NCBI GenBank assembly: GCA_951406725.2
Contig: OX597817.1
Coordinates: forward strand, 137,206,001-137,270,000
Source: Octopus vulgaris
Lineage: Eukaryota
Reading direction: 5' to 3'
DNA length: 64,000 bases
Part shown: piece by piece, positions 14,892 to 27,680 of the stretch
Position numbering within the stretch: the stretch's first letter is position 1
How the letters are laid out: every line of letters starts with the position of its first letter
The notes under the pieces: generated by a model
Seen by the model: the letters and a program-made list of their open reading frames with translations, nothing else
The model's database searches: none
Told to the model about the DNA's origin: nothing
Translations under genes and position numbers: made by a program

Positions 14892-14990
14892 ATCAATACT
14901 ACTACTACTACTACAACTACTACTACTACTGCTGCTGCTGCTGCTACTACTACTACTAATAATAATCTGCCAGTTCACCGTCTTAAAGTG

Positions 14991-15037
<47 letters not shown>

Positions 15038-15039
<2 letters not shown>

Positions 15040-15278
15040 AATGCGCCCTTTTAGAGCCTAGCCAAGCTCATGGGCCCGATTTCTATGGCGTATATTCTCC
15101 CCAAATGGACGGGACGCCAGTCCATCACAGCGTTAATCATTTTTGCCTGCAGAGTGGACTGGAGGAAGGTGAAATGAAGTGTTTTGCTCAAGAACACAAC
15201 GCGTCGCCCGGTCCAGGGATCGAAACCACAATCTTACGATCCTGATCCTGACACCCTAACCACTAAGCCACGCGCCTC

Positions 15279-15281
<3 letters not shown>
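15038..15281 (-). mobile_element. tRNA-derived SINE, family C (CORE-like, octopus OR-type)
   Basis: Minus strand GTGGAGGCGCGTGGCTTAGTGG (A box), GTTTCGATCC (B box), GTGTTCTTGAGCAAAACACTT core, then GGACTGGCGTCCCGTCCA. Confidence 0.8.
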
Positions 15282-15356
<75 letters not shown>

Positions 15357-15369
15357 CATATATGTATTT

Positions 15370-15578
15370 TTTATTCTTTTAGTTGTTTCGGTCATTCCAC
15401 TGCGGCCATGCTGGAGCACCACCTTTAGTCAAACAAATCGACTCCAAGACTTATTCTTCGTAAGCCTAGCGCTTATTCTATCGGTCTCTTTTACCGAATC
15501 ACCAAATTGCGGGGATGTAAACGCACCAGCATCGGTTGTCAAGTGATGGTGGTGGGGACAATAACAGACACAGACACA

Positions 15579-15620
<42 letters not shown>

Positions 15621-15740
15621 TACATACATATATATATAAAAATACAAAATGGGACAAGAAAGCAAAACATTCAAATAGACGATACAAAAATCACGGACGG
15701 GTCATTCGAAGCCTCTAATATATATATATATATACATATA

Positions 15741-15787
<47 letters not shown>

Positions 15788-15916
15788 GATTGGTTTCTTT
15801 CAGTTTCTGTCTACCAAATCTACTCACAAGTCTGGTTGGCCCGAATCTATAGCAGATGTCACTTGCCCAAGATAACACGCAGTGGGACTGAAACCGGAAC
15901 CATGTGGTTGGGAAGC
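15370..15916 (-). mobile_element. SINE family A, lacking its extreme 5' end, with a nested insertion
   Basis: Matches the reverse complement of 2757-3120. A foreign segment, 15641-15719, lies in its internal microsatellite. Confidence 0.85.
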
Positions 15917-16647
15917 GCTGATATATACGTACATAAAACAATATGGAAGTGTGTTATATATAAGTAGATTATATCCAAGTAGACCGACGGACAAAGTTGA
16001 GACTGTAGTCACCACATGCTATGATACTCATCCTGATGTAGGCTTTTACAAGTTTTCCCTTTTATGGAGTAGTAATCTTCCTTCTTTACATCATCACCAC
16101 CACCACCACCACCCTTGTCTAATAGAGAAGAACAGAGCGATACAGCGCGACAGTGGCGTCATCGCAGGTGAACTCGCAGCGTAAACATTCAGGTGTGAAC
16201 AGACAGCAATGCATTCAGCCCGCTGCGTCTGACAACTCGGTCAGTCCACTGGCCTCTGAACCCTCTACTTTATTTAACTGGCCCTCGAAACGATAAAAAG
16301 CCTATGCAGACGAAATACTTACATACATTTTAAAGAGAAATAATAGAATAAGCTTTGATAAAAATAAAATATAAAAAATAAACCAACAGCCCTTTTCAGC
16401 AGCTAATCAAATGAATTACAATATCAGACTGGTCTTCTCCCCAAATGCACAAAATCTTTACAGCCGTTCTGCGACCTCATTATTCGGAGTTCGATTTCAT
16501 TATGCGATACCTTAGGCATATGCTTTCTACCCGAGCATTTTTGGAGGGGAAACTGTTCACGCATTGACACATGCACACTGGCACTCACACACAGACAAAC
16601 ACTCGCATATCATGTACAGTTAGAAAGAAATAAGTAAATACATAGAT

Positions 16648-16709
<62 letters not shown>

Positions 16710-17385
16710 CACACATACATACATACATACATACACACATACATACATACATACATACATACATACATACATACATACATACATACATACATACATACAT
16801 ACATACATGGATGAATGGATAGATAGGTATATTTCCAAGTATACAGATTTGCCTACAGCTTTAGCTGTACATCTCTAATTCCACACAATAAGATTACAGG
16901 AATTTGTTCTCTGAACCAGAGAAATAACGTATCCTGCCACATTTCTCTCTAACAATATCATTTAAGCTTTTCTTAAAGTTATCGTTGCCCGATAACTTAA
17001 GCCTTCCCATACAACTTCAGTTAAATCTATTGATGATGCAAAATACGAATAGAGTTAAGGAGTGACCCAATCTATTCATACTTACACATTAACAATAACT
17101 TTCTCTTACAATTTCTACATCGTTAAATTAGTTTCCAAAGACAGCTATCATCCCAAAGCTATATACCATAAACAGCCCGGCCAGGAGCGAAACATAGAGT
17201 AGACTATCAGCTATTGATATAATGAATATATCTAACCTCCTCTCTACCAATCGTAATGAGTTTTGTATCATATGATTTTAACGTTTGCACTAAGTGAAAT
17301 ATATTTTGATACACTTTATAAATCTTAGATTATGTTCTATACACAAACACACACACATATATATATGTTTGTATATATATGAATA

Positions 17386-17476
<91 letters not shown>

Positions 17477-17477
<1 letters not shown>

Positions 17478-18718
17478 AGTATCCTAAGTATACGGACTGG
17501 TGCTATAAGAGCAAAACTACAACACGTACCAATTTGGCATTTAATCTATCAAAGTAGACCCCTTCGGAAGCCACACACTTAATCCAGCGCTGTTTCCATT
17601 GATGGAAGCATTCTTGGAGCTCGTTTTCTGGGATAATCAACAGCTGCTTCGTTGCATTAACTTCGATTTCCTGGACGTTCTAAAATCTTCTCCCTTTCAA
17701 GCGGGATTTGATTTTTGGAAAGAGGAAAAAGTCGCAAGGATAAGATCTGGGGAACACGGTGTCTTTCGGACCTGGTGAATTCTGTGCCAAGCGAAAAACT
17801 GCTGCACAAGCTGCACTGAATGGGCAGGTGCGTTGTCATGGTGCAATTGCCACTAACCGGACACATGCAACTGTGGCCTTTTCCGACGAATAGCATCCCG
17901 CAAACGCCGCAAAACGTCACCGTAGTACTCCTTGTTTACTGTCAGGCCAGGTGGAGCATACTCATGATGAACAATCGCATTGTAATCGAAGAAAACGGCC
18001 AACAGTGTCTTCACATTCTTTCAGTCTCAAAGAGGTTGGAGTTTTCCACTGCGAAGACCGAGCTTTTGATTCGGGGTCATAGCCACAGAGCCACGGTTCA
18101 TCACCCGTTATGACCATTTTCAAAACGTTTTCATCGTTCTCGACACAATTAAGATCTTGTCCAACTGAAACCTGAGTGTGTTTTTGGTCAGCTGGAAGCG
18201 GTTTTGGCACAAACTTGGCAGACAAGCGTCTCATACCCAAATCTTCAGTGATAATGGGCTGAACTGAACCGTAACTAATCTGCATATCCTCTAACTCACG
18301 GATGGTGATTCGACGATTTCCCCTCACTGCTGCATGCACATCAGCGATGTTTCCTTCAGTTCTGTTGGTTGAAACTCTCCCAGAACGTTCGTCGCGATCG
18401 ACATTTTTTTGGCTCGTACACTCCTCTGCATACACTTTCTGCGACTTTGCGTAGGCCTCTAAATAGGTAGTGCGAAGCTTTTGGCAAAACTTGATGCAAA
18501 TTCTCTGGACAACTTTCTGTCATGGTCAATGTGAGGATCATACGCTACACACCTTCCTTCCGAGCACTGCTGTAAATAGCAGAAGTGAGCTTGAACGTTA
18601 GAATTTAGTACACATGCACAGCAGAGTTCAAGGCCAATCTGAACCATGTGGCTTCACTCTGCGTGCTTTAGTTTTGTTACTATGGCAGCAGTCCGCATAC
18701 TTATTAATTAGACCACGA

Positions 18719-18720
<2 letters not shown>
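17477..18720 (-). mobile_element. Mariner (Tc1/mariner) transposon, degenerate
   Basis: ORF 17962-18435 has ERSGR..RRITIREL..LGMRRLSAKFVPK..ITGDEPWLCGYDPESK. Imperfect TIRs AAGTAT.CGGACTG.TGC.ATA at both ends. Confidence 0.92.
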
Positions 18721-18769
<49 letters not shown>

Positions 18770-18900
18770 TGCATATATATATATATATACGCGCGTGAGT
18801 CGTCTAAGAGGCCTTAAGCCGGGGAAAAGATGCACTCTGTCAGTAGAGTGGGTGTATTATCCGAAGTGTATAGTATTAAATATCCATCACGGTTGATCTT

Positions 18901-18984
18901 GTTAATCGGTTTCGCGTAAAGAATACAATGGAATTTGGGGTAACAATCCGATTATATAACTTTACGCTCATCAGAGTTAGCCGA
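18901..18984 (-). ncRNA. Hammerhead-like motif with extended stem II
   Basis: Minus strand CTGATGA-GCGTAAAG-(38 nt with further pairing)-CTTTACGC-GAAA-CCGAT. The core and an 8-bp stem II are perfect; stems I and III are ambiguous. Confidence 0.55.
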
Positions 18985-19307
18985 TATGGAATGGAGTATG
19001 GCGACAGGTCTCTACATACTCAATTTACAAATCAAGACACTCGTACAAAAGAAATTACGAGAAAAGATGAAATACTTTTTGCATTTGCGTTCTCTTTTTT
19101 TCTCGTGATTTCTCTCGTTCTAGAGTTCTTGTTTGTCAATTAAATAGGCCACGTTCTCAAAGCCTGAAAATTGCTTGGAGACACAAGGTTATATAGAAAA
19201 ACCTGACTAAACTTGCGTCTCCAATGTGAGAAACTATTAGTAGCTCACATCTTTATACTGTGTACATAAAATGATATGTATAAATGTTTCTTACTATCAC
19301 ACATATT

Positions 19308-19538
19308 TATTTCTTTATTGCCCACCGAGGGCTAAACATAAAGGGACAAACAAGGACAGACAAACGAATTAAGTCGATTACATCGACTCCCAGTGCATAA
19401 CTGGTACTTATTTAATCGACCCCGAAAAGATGAAAGGCAAAGTCGACCTCGGCGGAATTTGAACTCAGAATATAACGTCAGATGAAATACCGCTAAGCAT
19501 TTCGCCCGGCGTGCTAACGATTCTGCCAGCTCGCCACC
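19308..19538 (-). mobile_element. SINE family B monomer, tail type 1
   Basis: Head, core and tail CGTTTGTCTGTCCTTGTTTGTCCC..AAAGAAATA. Confidence 0.9.
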
Positions 19539-21261
19539 CATATTACAGTAGGGTTTATGGCCCTGAACAGGTAGTTTTATTATTTCCCCCTGCATCTGCA
19601 ATGAGATGCAGTTCCGGGTTAGATTTCTGGCCTTCTGCGATTATCAGGACTTGCAATCAGATCTCATCTGACCACATGTCACATTTTGTCATCTCAGCTT
19701 TCTCCACTCTGTTGTACTGTGCCACAAAATTGACGCTCAACTAGAGGTCAGATTTACTATCAATGTATATTGCTGCGCCTCACATATTGCACTACATAGA
19801 CTGTTGCTGATGTCTCTTCTGTTGAAGACCCCGTAAACATTTTTACACGCCCTGACCCTATCTATGGTCTACTCATCTAGTTGCTGCTAAACAGTACCTA
19901 AAACTCCTGTTAACTGTTCCTTTGAGAGCTATAGAAACCCCTCTGCTCATCATCTTTTTACTTTGACTTCTTTTAGATAAATTTCTTAGATGAAGGGGAG
20001 CCGTTTTTGTGACATATTTCTTTGACTGAATGTCATATTCTAAAATCTCATTTTACCTCGTAATACTAGCGACGTAGTTGTCTTTGAACAAACCAGCGCT
20101 ATTGCTGCTGTTATGGTTGATGTTAATATTTTAAATTATGCTATGCAAGTTTACGTTTTCGGGTATCAAACTGTAGCTGTCTCTGTTTGTAAATAGATTT
20201 GGCTGTGCCTGTTTTCGTTTTATTTAAATCTATTCGTTTTCAGTTTTCTTTTGAGGCGATACCATTTCTCGCTACTTCTGCTCAGGTGGACTCTGAAGTT
20301 CTAGCAACAACAGTAGCAGCAACATAACTCCTTACTTTTCGCCTCAGTGAGTTGCTGTTGGGCCTGCAGCAGTTGCTACTTTCCCCTCTTCTGTTTCTTT
20401 TCGTTTTACTCATTATCTCGACAGAAGACTCTTAAATAGCAGTTACCAATACATGTGTAGCAACTGGACTCTCTGCCTTCCATACTTGATCTGATTAAAC
20501 CCCTGTATACTTCCTTGGGAAGGTGGGGAATTCAGACTCCACTGGGCTGCGTATTGTTATAGGTCACTCCTGCACCCAACGTAAACCTGTCGCACCAAAG
20601 CAGCCTCAAGCCAATTGTCATCTTCGTCGTCTTCTGCGCCAGCATCTTTTGCTCTGTCTTCCCAACACCGTTTTAATAAGGTTTTATTCTGCTTGAAGGT
20701 CTGTCTTACAGCAGCCTCTATCTTCTTGCCTAATTTTCCGTTTCAAAGATCAGGTATATGATTCCAAGTGCCCCTCCCCTGTTGACGGAGCATAAATCCT
20801 GCCACACCTAGGTCAGAATTCCTTCTCATTTTTCTTTCGGAAACATATAAATGTATTTCTGTTATATTGAAGAACAGAAATGCGTCACCTCATACATCCG
20901 CTTCTGGATATATTCATCGAGTAAGAAGGCAATCGTTTTAACATACTTTTTAACATGGAATGCTTCTTTTTCTTTTTAGCTTTTATAACTTGTTTTTTTT
21001 TCTCTGGTTTTTCTTGATATTGTTCTTGTTGACGTTACTGTTAGTTGTGGTGGTGGTGGTGGTGATGTCTTATGTTGCGTCTCCATTATTCTTTTTCCCT
21101 TTTTTGCGCTTGTCAAATCGTGATTGTGTTTATACCTTTTTTGTTTAACTATCATATTCCCTATTTCTCTGGGGTTTTTTTCTAAATCTGTTTTTATGTT
21201 TTCAAAAATTATTTCGATGGGAAAGTTCATTTTGTTGTTGTTTCATCCTTTAGGAGGAACA

Positions 21262-21567
21262 GTTGTTTGTTCCTTCTCGAGCCAAACCTGGCTCATTAGG
21301 GCCGGTTTCCCAGTTTCCTTGGCGTATAGGTTCCTCACCTGGACGGGACGCCGGTCCGTCGCAGGTGAGCTGCAAGATGCAGGAGGAAAGAGTGAGAGAA
21401 AGCTGTGGTGAAAGAGTCAGCAGAAGTTCGCCATTACCTTCCGCCGGAGCCACGTGGAGCTTAGGTGTTTCGCTCATAAACACACATATCGCCCGGTCTG
21501 AGATTCGAACCCGCGATCCCTCAACCGCGAATCCGCTGCTCTAACCATTAGGCCATGTGCCTCCACA
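21262..21567 (-). mobile_element. tRNA(Arg)-like SINE, family C (OR-type)
   Basis: Head TGTGGAGGCACATGGCCTAATGGTTAGAGCAGCGGATTCGCGG..GGTTCGAATC. The 3' motif GGAC.GGCGTCCCGTCCA is shared with 15038-15281. Confidence 0.85.
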
Positions 21568-22014
21568 AAGTTCATTTTACGTGCTACGAAACTGGAGGCT
21601 GGTACCCCTTCCCGTTACGTCAATAGTGATTATATTGAACCGCAAATAAAAGTAGCGAAACAGACGTTTGCTACAATATGTGTGTACTTATGAACCTTCT
21701 TTCCCACTCCAGGGAAATCGGGGTGGATACGTTTAAATGTTCCGAGCCACCTCAGACCCCAAACCACTCTTTTTTATCATGTAATCCCCGAAGAAAATAT
21801 CTTTTAAGGAAACTCGCTGAAACTTGACAATTCATGGTAAACAACAACAGTAAAAGAATAACAAATACCTGTTATTCGACATCACTCTCTGCAGAACATA
21901 ATAATAATAATAAAAATATATCTGTCTGAGGTCCTTGTTGTGACCCAACATATGACTAAAGACTCCGGTGCATTTTTACCTACACTGTGTTACGAAGGAA
22001 CAATAATAATTAAT

Positions 22015-22205
22015 AATAGGTACAAGGTCAATAATTTTGAGGGGATGGAGTTAGGTGATACCATCAATCCGAATACTCGACTGGTACTTTATTTTATCGA
22101 CAAAATTAATTAGATTATTTTAGGCAAAATTGACTTCGGCCGAATTTGAACTCAGAACGTAGAGCTAGAAACAATACGACAAAGTAGTTCTTCCAACTCT
22201 CTAAT
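22015..22205 (-). mobile_element. SINE family B, degenerate
   Basis: CTGGTACTTTATTTTATCGAC...GAATTTGAACTCAGAACGT. Confidence 0.7.
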
Positions 22206-22281
22206 TGGCTCTACGAGCCCTACACCCTGGCAACACCGACGTCGACGACGAATACGACGATGATGATGATTGTGATTATTG

Positions 22282-22610
22282 TTATTACCTCCACCTTGGC
22301 GAAGGCGGTGGTATTGTTTTCAGTCGTGTTTGTTTGCTTGTTTGTTTGTCCGTGGACAAGATATCTCAAGAACCGCTGGATGGAATCGGATAAAACTTTT
22401 TAGATTTTGGGATCGATCCAGTACCGGACAAGGATTCTGGATTAGTTTTCTTGTTATTTTACTTAATTTTTGAGAACGGTCGAGTTCATTTTTAGTATTC
22501 TCGTTTGTGAGAGCAGGCGAGTTTATTTAAGATATTCTCATTTTAAAAATCATCTCCAGCTAATCGTTGGTGTTGCCTTGGCAGAGGTTTGCGCTCTCTG
22601 AGTACTCTTG
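22282..22610 (+). mobile_element. HINE/DINE-1-like non-autonomous Helentron derivative
   Basis: 5' TTATTACCTCCACCTT..AAGGCGGTGGT hairpin, (TGTT)n tract, 3' CCTTGGCAGAGGTTTGCGCTCTCTGAGTAC with a subterminal inverted repeat and small hairpin. Confidence 0.75.
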
Positions 22611-22616
22611 TTGTTG

Positions 22617-22699
<83 letters not shown>

Positions 22700-24276
22700 A
22701 TGAAGACGGTGATGGTAACAACAACGACAACAACAACAACAATAATAGTAGTAATGATAATAAATATAAATACCCTGATGTAATATCCAGGCAGTGACTT
22801 TCATGGTTTCTGATGTTAACTGAATGGAAGTGTTATCATGTCCATGTTTTGTTTTGGTATAAAAGATGGGCTACAGCAAATATTCTGCTCAATGCCACAG
22901 ATTTGCTTGTCAGTTGTTTGACCTTTACCAGTTGAGCCTGTTCCTTAGTGGCTGACGATATATGCATCTCAGATCACGAATAGGAGTAACGGGAAAGCAT
23001 CATAACCATGTATTGATAGGAAGTCTTTGAGATTTGGATAACTCACCTCTGAAAAAAATGGGTCTTTCGTTCAACACCCTTAAACAAAGCTTATTCAGGG
23101 ACATTTTGAGTGGGATGGGTTACTCGACCGGAAGAAAATTCTAACTGGGTTCCACCTGCAAGGTCAAGCACTGATTATCTTGATACGAGTTCACCATGTC
23201 ACGCATATGGTTATGACGCATGTGCCTGATGTACCTTTCTCAAACGGGTAATCATGTTGGGTATATTTGCACCCAAGCGTCACTTTGATGGCTTGCGCTG
23301 CTCTCTCAATAAATAAAATAATGAAGATTGTGACGACAACGACGATGACGGCTACAATGATGATGACGAGGAGGATTTGAAATTAGAACGTAAAAACTGG
23401 AACTAAATAGGGCTGAGAATTTTCCCCAGCGATCTAATAATTCTAAAAAATGCCTTGCAGTATTTCACTTCCCCCCAAAACTCAGCTCTTGAACTGCTCT
23501 ATTTTTGGTTGTGGATTCAAAATAAACTGCTTAAATGACGATATTACTTTCAACTGAATGCATTCGAGGTTTTCGGTGAAACGAAGTAAACTTCGGAATC
23601 GTAATTAGCGGTATGTTTAATCAAAGTAAAGGAATGATTAGTTATAAGAAATATTAAATTTTATTTGTCATAAAAGAGGGAGATTTAATATGGCTTCATC
23701 CAAAGCTGTGTTTATTTTAGGAGTTTCAGAATTTCAATCAGAAAATACATTGGGCACCGCTATTTTTTCTTATATGTTAAGGATTCCTTTTTCATTTAAC
23801 GGCCTATGAGCGCACAACAATCAGCAGTTTTCAAATCTTCGCAAACGTTTTCATCTTTTTTTAACTACCCTTGTCTTTCGATGTTCAAGTTTCTTTGGAA
23901 ATATTAGGCCAAAATGATGTTTGAAACGTGTGTGACTCAGCTACTTTTTCTGTCTGGCTACAAATAGATAAGCGGGGATTTGAGGGTCATCATTTAATGA
24001 CCGAGGAGAAAATCGCTTCATCATCAATTAACTTTCACCTAATCTCAGATAATCAAATTTATTCATCATTTTCGCTCCATTTTCCCGCTGACAATTTTTC
24101 GAAAATATATTTCGCCTCCACGCTACTCCTTTGTTCATCAACTCTACACTTTTATTCTAATAAAGCAATCGACAAAGAGAAAATTTGAAATATTGTTTTT
24201 AAACGTTTAGTTCAAAATAACAAAACAAAAAGATAGATATCAGCACATTACGATGTTAATTAATTAATTTATATAT

Positions 24277-24490
24277 TGGTTTCAAATTTTGGCACAGGGC
24301 CAACAATTTCGGGAGAGCGGGTAAGTCGATTACACCGACCTCAGTGCTCAACTGGTACTTATTTTATCGACCTCAGTAGGATGAAGGCAAAGTCGACTAC
24401 GGCGGAATTTGAACTCAGAACGTGAAGACGGATGAAATGCCGCTAAGCATTTTGCCCAGCAGGCTAACGATTCTGCCAGTTCGCAACCTT
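24277..24490 (-). mobile_element. SINE family B monomer, tail type 2
   Basis: Head, core and tail GCCCTGTGCCAAAATTTGAAACC. Confidence 0.88.
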
Positions 24491-24546
<56 letters not shown>

Positions 24547-26081
24547 TAATGTCTTCCATTTCTGGAATGTCATGGTATATTCTTTCTGTTCGAAGTATAT
24601 CTTTCCTGGCGAAGGATTTACGACAACTCTTACACCAGCGAAGTATATTTTCCATTGTTATAATCCACAAGGGAATGGTCAAAGAAAATGATATCATGGA
24701 ATAATTTGAAGGACAATATCACTGGCCTTGAAACTGTGATACTTGAAACCCTGAGATGAGGAACGAATTCTTCCTAATCCGCTCCGTTTAATCTGTTCTC
24801 TTTTCTCGACTTCAACAAATTGCACTCCGCATGGACATCTTTTTAGATATCAGCATAAATTTTCAAGCTGCGCTGTTAATTCCTTCCTAGTTCTCTTCTC
24901 TCGGTAACAAAGTATTTCTTGAAGTGTCACACCCATCAGGCTAAACATGACCCATTAGTAAAGGAAGTAGAACTCCTGAATGTGAATCCCCACTTTGCAG
25001 ATGCCATATTCTCTGATGGTAGGGAGTCTACTGTATCGTTAAGACACCTTATTCTTTTGGCGATGTCCCTTCCATTCCTGTGCCTAAACTGAGCGTCCAA
25101 AATAAATTATGCATGATGCCTCATAATACTCCCGAACTCCATACTTCTACCACTATGAATAATGTAAAGGATTCTTCTGAAGCAGACCATCAGGAGGTGA
25201 TGAGAAATAATGATGAATCTTCCCTTACGACTACCAACTTTACTTCTCCTCCTTTTGGCTCTAGTCACACTAAACAATCCTTTCTCCTTAAAGGATTATG
25301 TTCTATGATATATAAATGCATTTTTACATCTTTCATTAATGTTTCGTAGGCATTTGTTGAACATGGCCATCTACAATGTAATGTAGTTCAATTAAAAAGG
25401 TGGACAGAGTGAATTGTGACCTGTCATTATAGAGCTAGATAGCCTCCCTTGTTTGTTGTGCGGTTATTAATCAGTGTCGCTTTGAGATCTTCTTCCGGTT
25501 TGTAATAAGCACAATATTTGTTTATTAAAAGGTTGAATAAAAGCTGAAAGTAGTAAAGAAGTTTCAATTTTATGTTACTGATTAACGACATAAGCGACAA
25601 ACAGATACTGTGTATAATAGACGATGAGTTCTTGTAAACGTTGTCGATTGACAAATCACAGGATATCATAATTCCTGACAATGTTACAAAGACCAACATT
25701 GACAGAAGAGGAGCGACTTATTTTGATGATCCGGGAAGGATGAAATGAGAAATTGAACATTTATTCAGCGGTGTTTTATTTCGAACCTACAACCAACCGA
25801 ATTAAAGTCCGTCAACTTGTTTTACTGCCGCTGTCATTTTACAACCCTAATAAAATCTGTATTAGTAGCATATTTTAGTAGTAAACATTGTAGCATATTA
25901 AATCTTCATTGGTAGTTAGAATTTCCACTTCCATAAATGAACTTTGCTAAAGATGTTGTCGAAAATGTTGCTTATATTTTTGTGTTCCATAACTTATGAC
26001 TATACAAAATTATCATACAATGCGATAATACGAAAGATATCATACTGAAATCATTTGGCTGTGATATTAGTAAAACCATTT

Positions 26082-26162
<81 letters not shown>

Positions 26163-26213
26163 AAAACAAGTCAAGGTAGAAGATACTAAAATAATTTTAT
26201 CATGAAAAACATT

Positions 26214-26249
26214 TTAGTACCGGTTTCAGTCATACAGACTTTTTCAACT
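26214..26249 (-). ncRNA. Variant hammerhead-like motif with a U3-A8 core, inverted partner
   Basis: Minus strand AG-TTGAAAA-AGTC tgtat GACT-GAAA-CCGG-TA-CTAA. Core and stems match the partner; loop II differs. Confidence 0.5.
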
Positions 26250-26384
26250 TTTTCAAACAATCAAATTTTGGAAAAATTAAATGAAAAGTTTTTTAAAAGA
26301 ATATTTGCATTTTCCTTGTTTCTTCTTCTTCTTCTTCTTCTTCTTCTTCTTCTTCTTCTTCTTCTTCTTCTTCTTCTTCTTCTT

Positions 26385-26479
<95 letters not shown>

Positions 26480-26626
26480 CCTTCTTCTCTGACAAGAATT
26501 CCCAACCACCTCGAACCCACAAAAGTAAACAAGAGAGACAGAGACAGGCAGAAACAAGGAAAATGCCCCTTATTTTTAAAAACATTTTTTCATTTAATCT
26601 TTCCAAAATTTCATTGTTTTCCATAC

Positions 26627-26666
26627 TTAGAGTTGAAAAAGTCCCAATGACTGAAACCGGTACTAA
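26627..26666 (+). ncRNA. Variant hammerhead-like motif with a U3-A8 core
   Basis: TTAGAG-TTGAAAA-AGTC ccaat GACT-GAAA-CCGG-TA-CTAA. Stem I is weak. Confidence 0.55.
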
Positions 26667-26756
26667 AATGTTATTAAGATAAAATTATTTTAGCATTTTC
26701 TACCTTGACTTTTTTACCTTATACATCTCAACTCGTGTGTTTCTTTTTAACCTTCT

Positions 26757-26792
<36 letters not shown>

Positions 26793-26829
26793 GTATATAT
26801 ATATGTATGTATGTATATGTATATGTATG

Positions 26830-26886
<57 letters not shown>

Positions 26887-27099
26887 ATATATATGCATAA
26901 TACATAGACATTATGAACTGTTGTGTAAAGCCTTGAAAGGAAAAATTGGCTGGAAATTGGATAATTTCATACTCGTGGCTTGCCGGGGAAACACTGTACA
27001 TGAATATTTCAATTTTTATGTAATGTAATAAATATTTTCCTCTTTTACTATTTCAGTGATACTGAGGTTTACTGCTTTGGTATTACACGCGTAGTTAAT

Positions 27100-27180
<81 letters not shown>

Positions 27181-27535
27181 AATGTATAACAACAGATGGA
27201 TTGTGATTCTTTCCCTACAGCTGTTTCAGACATGTTTCTTATTGATGAATAGAATTATTACATCACATGAAAGAAAAATGAATATATATGCGAATATGTG
27301 TACGAATTAAACAATTCAAGACATCTTAAATTCCCAAGTAAGCGCCGTTTCAACTGCTCGTTTGTGATCGTTTGTGCAACTGAAATATAATTCGCGTTTA
27401 CTTCACTATATAGTTGTTCCTCAAATTTTGTTTTGCACGCGATAACGATTTCACTGACCTGACCTTTGGGCTTCACTATCTAAGGACCTGATTCACTTGA
27501 CACCTGAACTTTTATCTCTATCTCTCTCTCTTTCG

Positions 27536-27575
<40 letters not shown>

Positions 27576-27641
27576 CTGTCTGTCTATTTGTATGCCTGTA
27601 TGTCTATCTGTATGTCTGTATGTCTCTCTGTCTGTCTGCCC

Positions 27642-27680
<39 letters not shown>

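Larger units (their letters stand above)
26167..26710. mobile_element. Fold-back element with ~155-bp inverted arms around a (CTT)n(ATT)n loop
   Basis: 26167-26322 is the imperfect reverse complement of 26551-26710. Flanked by (TA)n and (CA)n. Confidence 0.85.

Noticed and set aside
19620-21240. Possible decayed LINE ORF1 region; likewise a possible RT remnant at 24545-25400 and a 3' UTR-like repeat at 22790-23310
   Set aside because: Composition is suggestive, but no motif is intact enough to support a call without alignment.
21490-21567. tRNA-Arg-like sequence, and similar heads ending at 15281 and starting at 2719, 44777 and 49462
   Set aside because: No proper acceptor stem, and each continues into a SINE body. 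They are SINE heads, not tRNA genes.
27210-27235. Minus-strand GAAACAGCTGTAGGGAA, a hammerhead 3' half
   Set aside because: No CUGANGA or stem II partner was found upstream.
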